DNA of 24,924 bases from a virus. Lineage: Duplodnaviria > Caudoviricetes. The notes under the pieces were generated by a model that made no database searches, was not told the origin of the DNA, and saw nothing but the letters and a program-made list of their open reading frames with translations. Below, piece by piece: positions 1 to 8,346 of this stretch (position 1 is the first letter of the stretch; every line of letters begins with the position of its first letter). The stretch spans positions 1-24,924 of the IMG/VR virus record IMGVR_UViG_3300032257_000088. One strand, 5' to 3'. A program made the translations under genes and the position numbers.

Positions 1-623
1 TACAATCATTAAATGATGAAACAATGGTAACTATTCGGGCTAGTGGTGCGAATACGGTCACTAATCCTACCTTTGCACCTGATGGATTAACGGCTAAGAC
101 GATTGTTAAAAACGGCAATCAGGCGCTGATAATTGGCGATATATTTGGAGCAGGCCACGAATTACAACTTAAATATAATTCAAGTAATGATGTTTGGGAG
201 CTAATAAATCCATACAATCCAAATATAACTGCAACAAGCGGGAACTCTGGTTCAGCAGATATAACAACAGCGCCAGTAACATTAGTAACGTTAGGCAGTA
301 TAAATGTTAAAGAAAATGATATTGTGCTTATTCAGGGATACTCATCTGGTACTAAAGGCGGTGCTGGTGGTAATGTTGCCATTGAGTGCTCAAAATCATC
401 AGGAACGGCGACGATTGAATTTTATGGCCCAACCGTATCAGGTTCGTCGCTTCTAGGTGATGATGTGCCTGTTCTTTCTTCTGCTGCCTACAGTGGGCGA
501 ATCAATGGCTCAATAAAAGCATTAACTGCTGGAACGCTTGTTTTAAAAATGACAGGAACATCATCTGGTTCAAATGTAACCAGCGCGGGACATGTATTAC
601 ACGCTATGGTATTAAGAGGCTAA
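1..623 (+). CDS. Tail fibre / baseplate-attached structural protein, C-terminal part (5' truncated by window)
   Basis: Frame is open from base 3 (QSLNDET) into the ATG at 24, so the true start lies upstream. G/S/T-rich. The segment 'GANTVTNPTFAPDGLTAKTIVKNGNQAL..GDI' is typical of phage tail fibres. Lies directly before a tailspike gene. Confidence 0.65.
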   Translation, partial: QSLNDETMVTIRASGANTVTNPTFAPDGLTAKTIVKNGNQALIIGDIFGAGHELQLKYNSSNDVWELINPYNPNITATSGNSGSADITTAPVTLVTLGSINVKENDIVLIQGYSSGTKGGAGGNVAIECSKSSGTATIEFYGPTVSGSSLLGDDVPVLSSAAYSGRINGSIKALTAGTLVLKMTGTSSGSNVTSAGHVLHAMVLRG

Positions 624-626
624 CAA

Positions 627-2495
627 ATGAAAGATTTAAACGATTATGTAGATGGTAACACATTAGAGCCTTCTGACTTCAACGAGATACCTAGTGAGAT
701 ACAGCAAGCTATCACGGACTCAGGGCAGACTTTAAGCTCAGGCGACTTAGGCCAGCTTAGTAAAGCTATCGGGGGTTATTCTAAAACGGACAAAACAGCC
801 GCTGCTTTAATCACCCCCGTAGCTGGCAAAACCATGTTTGTCGAAAGCTCAGACGGTGGACTATTCAAAGCCGTAACCGGAGCAGCCCCTGCCACTTACT
901 CAGACAATGGCGGCTCCTACTGTGGCACTCAGTTTATCCCTACTGGGGGTGATGGGTCTGCGGCTTGGGTTAGGGTTGACGGGGGTTATAATGTCGGATT
1001 GGGCATGGATATTAGATGGTTTGGTGCAGTTGTTGACGGAACTACAGACGATAGCACGGCTGCACAATTAGCTTATACCGCTGTAACCGCTGGCGGTGAT
1101 GTACTGTTTCCTGATGGCACTACCTATATCGAGACAGGGATTACCGTACCAACCAGAGCAGACTTAGCAGGCGAGAGAAGGATTAGAACACTAGGTCGAG
1201 GAAACGCAATCATTGAACAGGGTACTAATAATACTTATATATTCTCTTATCAAGCGCCAGCCACATTTTTTGAAATAAACAATGTTATCTTGCAGTACAC
1301 AAACCAACAAGCATCAACAGCTACTAATGCGGTAGCGATCCGGTATGTTAAAAAGACAGCCGGAGGCGAACAGGTTGGTATAGGTCAGTTTAAGCTAAGA
1401 GATGTTCGGTTCGAGAAGATAAATAAAGGATTTGGTTATGATTCCTCTGCTAGTTCTTCTGATGCCTGCCCCGTATGGGGTTATGATATACAAGGAATCT
1501 ATTCTGTTCAAAACACAGGACAAGTTATCCAGATGATGCAAGACGGTGAATCTGCCGGTGGTGTTAGGGGTAAAATATCAGATGTTACTATTTTTGGAAC
1601 AGTCAGAGACAGCAATGTGGCCGCTATGGATTTAGTTCAACAAATTGGTGGCTATTTAGAAAATATAGAATTTCTATCGTTCAATCAGGCTAATAATGGA
1701 ACATTAATGCGTATTGTTGGGCCCGCTAATTACCAAGCTAACAATATCAGAATAGAGAGCTATGACTCTGGGGCATCGACAGATACTAACCCGATGATAA
1801 ATGTAATAGGCACAGGTGCTAATTGTAAGATTAACGGTCTAGAGTTACATAATTGCACTATTAAGGCTGGATCATCAGGTGGTCTTAATTTCTCGATGGT
1901 TAGATCAGAGGGGGCAAATGTACATGTTGATGATATTAAGCTAACAGGCACAACTATTTCAAGCGGCACATTTGACGTGCTACAACCTAAGAATAATGGA
2001 AGTCGCGATGGTCATATTCGCTATGGCGGAAGCTACCTGTCTAACACAATTACAGAAACAGGCAAACTTCAATTACATAGGGAGTCTGTTGATAACGGAA
2101 GAGTTCAACCTGTTGAATATGAAGTTTTAAGATGGGACGAATCAATAGCCGGTACTGGGGCATTGACAGCTACCTATGTAGTGCCTTACGACTGTTATTT
2201 GGTTGGCGGCAAGGTCTCATTAAGCGCCGCCGTTATTGCAGGTCAAACCGTGTACCCTGCAATTAGGGACGTATCAACATCTACAATTAGAGGCGATAAC
2301 ATATCTATAATTCAAGCTACTACCGATGCCGAGAAACAATGGGGCGCGTGGTTTGACCCTGATGCAACTTATGATAATTTTATTGCCGCAGGAACAGAGA
2401 TAGAGCTATATGTTAATACATCAGCAGATACTGGCTACCCCAAAACAATGAAAGCGCAGGCAGTTGTTGCTTATCTGACGGGCTATAAAGCTTAG
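627..2495 (+). CDS. Tailspike / receptor-binding protein with pectate-lyase-like beta-helix (putative depolymerase)
   Basis: Fibre-anchor-like N-terminus (FNEIPSEIQQAITDSGQTLSSGDLGQLSKAI), a 'DGG.F...DNGG...WVR' tailspike N-domain, the Pectate_lyase_3 entry motif 'DIRWFGAVVDGTTDDSTAAQLA...VLFPDGTTY', then N/I/G-rich beta-helix rungs. Confidence 0.8.
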   Translation: MKDLNDYVDGNTLEPSDFNEIPSEIQQAITDSGQTLSSGDLGQLSKAIGGYSKTDKTAAALITPVAGKTMFVESSDGGLFKAVTGAAPATYSDNGGSYCGTQFIPTGGDGSAAWVRVDGGYNVGLGMDIRWFGAVVDGTTDDSTAAQLAYTAVTAGGDVLFPDGTTYIETGITVPTRADLAGERRIRTLGRGNAIIEQGTNNTYIFSYQAPATFFEINNVILQYTNQQASTATNAVAIRYVKKTAGGEQVGIGQFKLRDVRFEKINKGFGYDSSASSSDACPVWGYDIQGIYSVQNTGQVIQMMQDGESAGGVRGKISDVTIFGTVRDSNVAAMDLVQQIGGYLENIEFLSFNQANNGTLMRIVGPANYQANNIRIESYDSGASTDTNPMINVIGTGANCKINGLELHNCTIKAGSSGGLNFSMVRSEGANVHVDDIKLTGTTISSGTFDVLQPKNNGSRDGHIRYGGSYLSNTITETGKLQLHRESVDNGRVQPVEYEVLRWDESIAGTGALTATYVVPYDCYLVGGKVSLSAAVIAGQTVYPAIRDVSTSTIRGDNISIIQATTDAEKQWGAWFDPDATYDNFIAAGTEIELYVNTSADTGYPKTMKAQAVVAYLTGYKA

Positions 2496-2676
2496 TATTA
2501 TTTTATAATGCCCCTACATCTCTGAGGTCATGGATGACTATTCTATCTGCTTGATGCCTATTAAAACTCTCGGATTGTCTTTGTCTACATGGCTAAAGCT
2601 TTAACCCTCTCCCCATACCACCCAGCAATATCTCTAAGGTCTTCTATGGTGAGGTTTTGGGGTTCTTGCGGGCCTT

Positions 2677-2973
2677 CTAGCTATTAGATACAGCAATTAG
2701 GAAGTTGTGTACATCAGATATGCTTTCGATTATATGGACAGATCCTAGCCAGTTATCATGCCATTCTTGCTCATCATCGGTAAGTTTGCGTTTTGATGGT
2801 GGTTTTGATCCGTCTTTAATTTCGATTAAATAATTATTGCCTTGAAACCCTACGATAATATCTGGTATTCCATCCCCTACCATGTGGATATGCGCCACGC
2901 TACAACCTAATTTTCTAAATGATTTAACGATGTCCGGTTGATTTGCGTCTATTCGTGCTGCGTATTTAGGCAT
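2677..2973 (-). CDS. VRR-NUC / PD-(D/E)XK nuclease (putative Holliday junction resolvase)
   Basis: Motifs 'RIDANQ..IV..FRKLG', 'GIPDIIVG', 'LIEIKDG' and 'KLT.DE..W'. Confidence 0.8.
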   Translation of the reverse strand: MPKYAARIDANQPDIVKSFRKLGCSVAHIHMVGDGIPDIIVGFQGNNYLIEIKDGSKPPSKRKLTDDEQEWHDNWLGSVHIIESISDVHNFLIAVSNS

Positions 2974-3256
2974 TAATTAGCTCCTGTACTTGTTTTAATA
3001 GTTCAGCCTGAGTACCGTATAGTTTTTCCCATTGCGCCCTGCCTGCGTGTAATGCGACACCATAGCCACCATTCCTGTGGTGATTCGGGCAAAGAGGAAT
3101 CGTTTTAAAGTGACAGTCAGGCTTACGACAGCCATCCATGTGATGTGGCTCTGCTGGCGAATAGATCGCAAATTCATTAGCACATACGCAACACCCTGAT
3201 TCGCAGATTTTATCTAACCACTCGCGTTCCGCTTTGTTGGGTTTTCTTCCGTTCAC
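2966..3256 (-). CDS. Ref-like (recombination enhancement, RecA-dependent) HNH-family nuclease
   Basis: CxxC..PAEPHH...IPLCPNHHR.G..GVALHAGR..WEKLYG pattern. Likely start is GTG 3256, overlapping the upstream TGA (GTGA coupling), rather than 3289. Confidence 0.7.
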   Translation of the reverse strand: MNGRKPNKAEREWLDKICESGCCVCANEFAIYSPAEPHHMDGCRKPDCHFKTIPLCPNHHRNGGYGVALHAGRAQWEKLYGTQAELLKQVQELINA

Positions 3257-3750
3257 GCTGGCCGTCCATGATTCTTGTGATATCCACACTCTTCTTCTGC
3301 TGTTTTTCTAGCAATAACCGCATCATCAAAACTTGAAAATGAACCTATTGTTTTTGTTTTTCTATTTACTCTGACCTGAACCGCCCACTTGTTTCTGTCT
3401 CTTCTCCAGTAAACCCCTGTCACACCAGAATTATTATCTGATCTAATGCATTTATTCTTTGCGTTTATTTCCTTGCTTACCGATCTTAAATTTATCCATC
3501 GATTATCTGTTTTAATGCCATTGATGTGATCCGCGTGAACAGGAGGCAATCTTCCGGTCATATATAAACAAGCCAATCTATGCAATCTTTCAGATTTATA
3601 GTCAATAGTTAGGCGCAAATAACCTACAGAGTCTAGATGACCGGCTGCGCTCCCTGCTTTTATTCTATTTGCGTTTGGCTTTATCCAAGTAAATATCCCA
3701 GTTTCTGGATCGTAGTGAAGTAGCTCTTTGAGTCGGTTTTGAGTAAGCAT
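3253..3750 (-). CDS. Free-standing HNH homing endonuclease with C-terminal AP2 DNA-binding domain
   Basis: 'LKELLHYDPETGIFTW', 'HRLA..Y', 'DHINGIKTDNRWINLR' (HNH_3) and 'NNSGVTGVYW....KWAVQV......IGSF..FDDAV.ARK.AE' (AP2). RBS GAGG. Confidence 0.92.
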   Translation of the reverse strand: MLTQNRLKELLHYDPETGIFTWIKPNANRIKAGSAAGHLDSVGYLRLTIDYKSERLHRLACLYMTGRLPPVHADHINGIKTDNRWINLRSVSKEINAKNKCIRSDNNSGVTGVYWRRDRNKWAVQVRVNRKTKTIGSFSSFDDAVIARKTAEEECGYHKNHGRPA

Positions 3751-3842
3751 ATTAACCTCAGTATGGTTATCAGTAATTATTGAAGCGGCAGAGGTGATAC
3801 TGTGTCACCCTTTTCGGTCGCTAAACCTAGCCTGAGAAATAT
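3751..3842 (-). ncRNA. Structured 5' leader of the HNH gene (3-way junction plus RBS-occluding hairpin)
   Basis: Minus-strand stems GGC(T)AG/CTGCC, GGT/ACC and GGTGA/TCACC. The hairpin TAACC-ATACTGA-GGTTA covers the RBS. Confidence 0.55.
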
Positions 3843-3851
3843 ATTATATCA
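3843..3851 (-). promoter_or_regulatory. Extended -10 promoter for the HNH cassette
   Basis: TGATATAAT (TGnTATAAT) on the minus strand, using the TGA stop of the upstream gene. Confidence 0.55.
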
Positions 3852-4307
3852 CGCGAACCTCAATAATTCTTCTACTACATGGTCAATATCACCGCGCGTG
3901 TAATTCTTAAACACCATTTTCAGCAGCACATTGATTGCCGCGTTATATAGTTTATCAAATTCTTCCTCGCTCATACTTCCAAAACTGATAGATTTGCTCT
4001 CATATCTAATCTCGTTCTTGAGATTGACCACAGGGAACCCATAGCCAGCCATGATTTGTATATTCTTTCTGAATGTATCGCGGTTTTTCTCTATCTCGAC
4101 CCCCTGCCATTTTTCCGGTATCTCAGGATTCCAGCAGTCATAAGCATAATTAATCAAAGCCCAATATTTCCGATGAAACTGGATATTACGCGGCTTTGAT
4201 ATACTGGCCTTTAGTATCACGCCCTCTTTGCATTGAAACAGATATTTACCTGACTCATCATCAGCAGGGTATAGAGCGCCATTAGCTTTTTTTAGTAGTA
4301 TGTCCAT
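3849..4307 (-). CDS. DUF1367-family phage protein
   Basis: 'LYPAD', 'KPRNIQFHRKYWALINYAYD.W', 'FRK.IQIMAGY' and 'KSISFGSMSEEEFDKLYNAAINVL'. Confidence 0.75.
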   Translation of the reverse strand: MDILLKKANGALYPADDESGKYLFQCKEGVILKASISKPRNIQFHRKYWALINYAYDCWNPEIPEKWQGVEIEKNRDTFRKNIQIMAGYGFPVVNLKNEIRYESKSISFGSMSEEEFDKLYNAAINVLLKMVFKNYTRGDIDHVVEELLRFA

Positions 4308-4341
4308 ATCACCCCATTCACGACTATTGTGGTTTTATTGG

Positions 4342-4566
4342 TCATACCCTTGTAAATCCAGTTGCGATTATTATCTCCTCATTAAGATCTAAGTCTTTTA
4401 ATTTACAGACCTTCTTCATTGCAAGGTATTTGGTCTTTTCTGGATTTGAAAAGAATGATCGATTATGGACGAAACCAGAAACAATAGTTACTTTTCCTTG
4501 CTCTATCCTCTCTGCTCGTAATGGTGGTATAACTTCTATTGTGAAAAAATATTGTCGTTTAATCAT
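4342..4566 (-). CDS. Hypothetical protein
   Basis: 74 aa, RBS GAGGTG, ATGA overlap with the upstream ORF. Confidence 0.65.
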   Translation of the reverse strand: MIKRQYFFTIEVIPPLRAERIEQGKVTIVSGFVHNRSFFSNPEKTKYLAMKKVCKLKDLDLNEEIIIATGFTRV

Positions 4567-4736
4567 CTCTCACCTCTCTTAATCGCTCTGCATAAATTCC
4601 AGATAGTCTCGCCCCATTCTCGACCATAAATCCGTACCCTTAATTCGAAATCCGGCATCCATTTGTCTTTATCGCTAACCAGCCGTCTCGCGTATCTTAA
4701 CTGGTTATACTCTCTCATTCGGTCTTGTGGGGTCAT
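4563..4736 (-). CDS. Hypothetical protein, 57 aa (not in ORF track)
   Basis: MTPQDRMREYNQLRYARRLVSDKDKWMPDFELRVRIYGREWGETIWNLCRAIKRGER. TAATG coupling at the start and ATGA coupling at the end fill the gap exactly. Confidence 0.7.
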   Translation of the reverse strand: MTPQDRMREYNQLRYARRLVSDKDKWMPDFELRVRIYGREWGETIWNLCRAIKRGER

Positions 4737-4924
4737 TAGTTGGTCTTATCTAAATATCGCCACTCTATGACAACATCATTAGCGCCTAGGGTTTTATCCA
4801 TCGTTAACCATCGACGTGTTAAATCCCAGTATTTAGCCACGCCAACCTTGCCTTCTTCTGTTTTTACTTCAACATCTATGCCGGTCTTTGGCGTTTCTGT
4901 TTTTTCATTTATCCATTCCATCAT
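4736..4924 (-). CDS. Small DUF551/Eaa-like protein
   Basis: 'MEWINEKTETP...V.V......W......VIEWRYL' pattern. RBS AAGGA. Confidence 0.55.
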   Translation of the reverse strand: MMEWINEKTETPKTGIDVEVKTEEGKVGVAKYWDLTRRWLTMDKTLGANDVVIEWRYLDKTN

Positions 4925-4940
4925 CTTTCCTTATGTGGGG

Positions 4941-5129
4941 TTAATCGAAAAATGGCATCATTGATAACTTCGGGAAACCATGAGACATTAGCCAATACGA
5001 TACCGCGCCAGTTTCTATCAGGTTAAGGTGCGGCAAAGCTTGCTTTAAATAATCCACATCAGACCTCTTTGGTACTCTGGCTGATACTCTTTGATCTGTC
5101 TCAATATCCCATGCAATTAAGTAAATCAT
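4941..5129 (-). CDS. Hypothetical protein
   Basis: 62 aa, RBS TAAGGA, operon orientation. Confidence 0.65.
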   Translation of the reverse strand: MIYLIAWDIETDQRVSARVPKRSDVDYLKQALPHLNLIETGAVSYWLMSHGFPKLSMMPFFD

Positions 5130-5140
5130 ATCAATTCCTT

Positions 5141-5171
5141 AAAAAGGCTGAGGGTAGTGGGTACCCCCAGC
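5141..5171 (-). terminator. Intrinsic terminator-like hairpin
   Basis: Minus strand GCTGGGGGTA-CCCAC-TACCCTCAGC followed by CTTTTT. Confidence 0.55.
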
Positions 5172-5225
5172 AAACACTAAGCCCGAAGGCTTCGCAGGAG
5201 TGCCGGACTTAACCGGCTAGGAGAA

Positions 5226-6218
5226 CTAATATTCGATGATAACGCTTTTAATTTTACCATCTTTAATGAGATTAATAATCTCTACTGCATCATTCGCGTC
5301 AATTCCATTATCTACAAATGAGTCTTTAGCTGCTTTGTGAATCTTTGCTCGATAAGCCTGCTTTTCCTTTTTAGCGGCTTCTTTACGCTCGGCTTCTGCT
5401 TGTTTTTCGGCCTCTGCCTTCTGTTCAGCTTCAATCCGCTTTCTTTCGTTTTCGGCTGCTTGTTCAAGTTCACGCTGTTTTGCTAGTTCAGCTTTTTCAG
5501 CATCTTCAATCGCTTTGCGCTCTGCCGCTTTTGCTTGCTCAATTTCTTTTTGCGCTGCCTTCTCAGCTTCAATACGGGCATTCTCAGCGGCTTCTTTTCG
5601 GATTTGTTCTTCTCGTTCAGCTTGCTTTCTCTGTTCGTCTTCAATACGCAATCGCTCAAGCTCTGCTTGTTCTTCTTCATGTTTAACACGCTGTTCAAGC
5701 ATTAATTTTAGCTTTTTAACGGTATCGACTTGAGCTAGTGTTGCATCAGCCTTACGATGCTCATAGCTATCATCCACATTAACAGATTCCGCTTTATCAA
5801 CCAATAGTCGTAATTGATCAGAGTCGGGGTTCTCAAAATCACCAAACTCACCCAATGAGCTGATTGCTAAAACCATGTTATGAAGCTTTGCGTCATGTTC
5901 AGCTTTTTTAAATTCGTGCTGTTCTAGCTGGTGCTTGATTGCTCCTTGCATTGATAGCAATTCGTCTTTAATTCGCTTACGCTCATGGTCGATTAAGTCG
6001 GTTTTGGCCTTTAATGGCGCTTTTAATTCCTTGTGCTTTTTATCAAGTGCGCTAATTACCTTGCCAATTGCCAATTTATCAGATTTTGCTTTTTTCTCCT
6101 GATCTATATCAAATAAGTTATAAACAATATCGATGTATTGGCCTTTGAATTCTTCCATATTTGTTTCAAATGGCTTGAATTCCGTGATCTCATTTACTAC
6201 TTTTTCTGTGGCGCTCAT
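5226..6218 (-). CDS. Coiled-coil E/K/A-rich phage protein of recombination operons
   Basis: 330 aa with a long charged helical region. The C-terminus 'IHKAAK..F...G.....A..II.LI..GKI..V.IEY' is typical of this phage family. ATGA-coupled to erf. Confidence 0.7.
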   Translation of the reverse strand: MSATEKVVNEITEFKPFETNMEEFKGQYIDIVYNLFDIDQEKKAKSDKLAIGKVISALDKKHKELKAPLKAKTDLIDHERKRIKDELLSMQGAIKHQLEQHEFKKAEHDAKLHNMVLAISSLGEFGDFENPDSDQLRLLVDKAESVNVDDSYEHRKADATLAQVDTVKKLKLMLEQRVKHEEEQAELERLRIEDEQRKQAEREEQIRKEAAENARIEAEKAAQKEIEQAKAAERKAIEDAEKAELAKQRELEQAAENERKRIEAEQKAEAEKQAEAERKEAAKKEKQAYRAKIHKAAKDSFVDNGIDANDAVEIINLIKDGKIKSVIIEY

Positions 6219-7027
6219 TTTTTATCTCCTGATTCATAGTACGCTTTGCGTAGTTCTTCTTTCATAATTCGACGTTCTTCTGTTGTGAATATACCGCCCT
6301 TTGTCGGTGCGACCCATAAGCTTTTTTGCTCATCTTGTGACAGCTCAAACCATGCCTCACCAGCAGAATATAGGTCGTTATCGCGAATACCATGCTTAAC
6401 CGCTACGATGGTGTCAAAATGCTTTCTGATAGCATCTTGAAGGGCTGCCAGATTAACTGTGTGACCGTCTGTGTCCTCATCAGATGATGCTAGGCCAAGA
6501 GCTGCAAATAATGTATATCGTTGCAGGTAGGACACTGTAGATCCGACAGCCTGAATACTGTTCTTACTGCCCGATGTATCTGGCTCTCCAGTTAATGTCA
6601 CGCTTTCCTCATGGCCTCCAATATGAGCTACAATACAAGTAACAAGCACATAACCATCGCTATCTTTACCAGTTGTCCATCGGTGACTAATGCCGTTGTC
6701 CGCCATAATATCTTTGATCTGGTCAATACTTTCAGCTAATCCTGCATACTTGCAGTTATGGCCTGATTTTGTCTTAGTGACAGCAGGGCAAGCCTTACGA
6801 AAGTTATTCATAGCCACAACATATTGTTTCTTGGCTTCGTTGGCTTCGTATTCTTTCTTAAGCGCCATTAATTCTTTCAGGCTTTCTACATCGGTATTGC
6901 CCGATTGAATGAACATGGCCAATAAATCAGGCTGTCCATTTGACTGCATTGGTATTGCACTACCGACATTAGTAACTTGCCTAAACTCACCTGTTTTGAT
7001 TGTTTCTACGTCTGTTTTATCATTCAT
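6215..7027 (-). CDS. erf: Erf-family single-strand annealing protein
   Basis: 'KYAGL..SID.IK......GIS', 'VTCIVAHIGGHEES' and 'NSIQAVGSTVSYLQRYTLFAALGLASSDEDTDG'. Confidence 0.9.
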   Translation of the reverse strand: MNDKTDVETIKTGEFRQVTNVGSAIPMQSNGQPDLLAMFIQSGNTDVESLKELMALKKEYEANEAKKQYVVAMNNFRKACPAVTKTKSGHNCKYAGLAESIDQIKDIMADNGISHRWTTGKDSDGYVLVTCIVAHIGGHEESVTLTGEPDTSGSKNSIQAVGSTVSYLQRYTLFAALGLASSDEDTDGHTVNLAALQDAIRKHFDTIVAVKHGIRDNDLYSAGEAWFELSQDEQKSLWVAPTKGGIFTTEERRIMKEELRKAYYESGDKK

Positions 7028-7246
7028 TATATTCTCCTGTAATATTATTTAGCTGGTAAACTCAAAGAATACGGTAGCTTCGCCAGTCTCTTTGACTGTT
7101 GTTACAATATTAGGCTCAAGGCAGTCTGAATGTACCACCATGCAGAGCATAGGGCGCTTAATCTTAGCTACCGTGTATTCGTTCCAGAATTCGTACATTT
7201 CTGGGTCTTTACTCTGTGTTACTGTGTAAATCATTATATTCTCCTG
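7024..7246 (-). repeat. 16-bp perfect direct repeat (RBS+start) at 7024-7039 and 7231-7246
   Basis: CAGGAGAATATAATGA on the minus strand precedes both the 61-aa ORF and erf. Confidence 0.85.
7049..7234 (-). CDS. Hypothetical protein
   Basis: 61 aa, strong RBS AGGAG. Confidence 0.7.
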   Translation of the reverse strand: MIYTVTQSKDPEMYEFWNEYTVAKIKRPMLCMVVHSDCLEPNIVTTVKETGEATVFFEFTS

Positions 7247-7261
7247 CTTTTGTGGGGATGG

Positions 7262-7498
7262 TTAATCCTCTGCTTTTACTGCTGCTCGTTTTGAAACAAT
7301 CTCATCAAAATCCATAGCGTTGCGGTCACAGAGAGCCTTTAAAGCGTCATCATCAATTGTCACGTATGCCGTGTGGTCGTTTCCTATACCAATAATTAAC
7401 TGATACCATTTGCCAGCTCTTTGCGTCTTAGGTGGCGCATCACAAACATGATCGGCAATCCAAAATAGACTAGCTAATTTATTTTCTTCATCTTCCAT
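7262..7498 (-). CDS. Hypothetical protein
   Basis: 78 aa, TAATG coupling, RBS AAGGAG. Confidence 0.7.
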   Translation of the reverse strand: MEDEENKLASLFWIADHVCDAPPKTQRAGKWYQLIIGIGNDHTAYVTIDDDALKALCDRNAMDFDEIVSKRAAVKAED

Positions 7499-7695
7499 TA
7501 TTCCGTCTCCTTAAATATTCCATATCGCTTCATAATCTGATGCAATATATTAATCCCATCGGTCCCGTCTATTTCACGCTTTGGCGGTTTGTCATACATA
7601 TCGCAGCCATCCATGATAAGACTTTCAAAATCAACGCAATCAAAACAAGCGCCATCTCTTAGCTCTAATTTTCTACCGCATACTTTACAGCTCAT
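7498..7695 (-). CDS. Small zinc-ribbon-like protein
   Basis: CKVC...CFDC. RBS GAGG. Confidence 0.65.
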   Translation of the reverse strand: MSCKVCGRKLELRDGACFDCVDFESLIMDGCDMYDKPPKREIDGTDGINILHQIMKRYGIFKETE

Positions 7696-7726
7696 CTCTC
7701 TATCCTCTGGTTAATTAAAATAAGGG

Positions 7727-7912
7727 TTAAGGCTTAGCTTGCCTGTGCTTTATATTAAATTCAGCATCACCTATCTGTCTCTTTGCTACCTGTCTTAGCC
7801 GATTTAGTGCTCTATGCATTTCGTCTGGGGTGTAATTCTCTACGTTAGAAATGATAATATTTAGCTGCTCTTTAAAGTATCTATCATCTAGACCGTATTC
7901 GTTATATGCCAT
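7727..7912 (-). CDS. Hypothetical protein
   Basis: Start more likely ATG 7912 (MAYNEY), which follows RBS AGGAG. Confidence 0.65.
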   Translation of the reverse strand: MAYNEYGLDDRYFKEQLNIIISNVENYTPDEMHRALNRLRQVAKRQIGDAEFNIKHRQAKP

Positions 7913-7944
7913 CTTTATCTCTCCTATTAAATACATAATCTATC

Positions 7945-8312
7945 TAATGACCGTAGGACACCTAGCCCTATCTTTTACCTACAGCCTTGTAAGCAATACA
8001 TAAATATAAATCAATTATCAGAAACCTTTCATCAATCCTTGATTGCTAGGCCAAGCCCCTACGTGTCACTAAATCTGTTTTCTTCCGTAGCTCCGGTCTA
8101 AAGAGCTGATTTATAGTAAGCTATTAACAGATAGCCGCTTATGCCAAACAATAACCGCCTGTAACGGATAGATGGCTTGCAGAGTATTCAAGTGTTTACT
8201 TGATTAGTTGTATTACTAGAGGGATATGATTTATAATTGCCTTATCGACAAGTTGGAATCGTATTAACCCAATCATTAAATACTTCTGACGACCCTGCAA
8301 GGTCACCGATAA
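7945..8312 (-). ncRNA. Candidate ~370-nt structured non-coding RNA / leader
   Basis: Long gap without a sizeable ORF, downstream of a consensus promoter. Hairpins GACC-TTGCAG-GGTC and AGCTC-TTTAGACCG-GAGCT. Long-range stems TGAC/GTCA, CGTAGG/CCTACG and CCTAGC/GCTAGG. Confidence 0.5.
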
Positions 8313-8317
8313 AACTA

Positions 8318-8346
8318 ATTATACGCCTGTTTCCTGACTAGCTCAA
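8318..8346 (-). promoter_or_regulatory. Sigma70-type leftward internal promoter within an inverted repeat
   Basis: TTGAGC-N17-TATAAT on the minus strand, flanked by ACGCCTG/CAGGCGT. Confidence 0.65.

Noticed and set aside
2496-2676. Small gene or att site between the converging tail and early operons
   Set aside because: Only very short ORFs with poor RBS spacing. I found no clear repeat or strong terminator.
5197-5217. attP core derived from a tRNA 3' end
   Set aside because: The T-loop lacks a base, no acceptor strand/CCA follows, and no integrase is nearby.
5226-6218. TolA or tape-measure protein
   Set aside because: The similarity would be due to low-complexity E/K/A coiled coil. There is no TM anchor and it sits in the early recombination operon.
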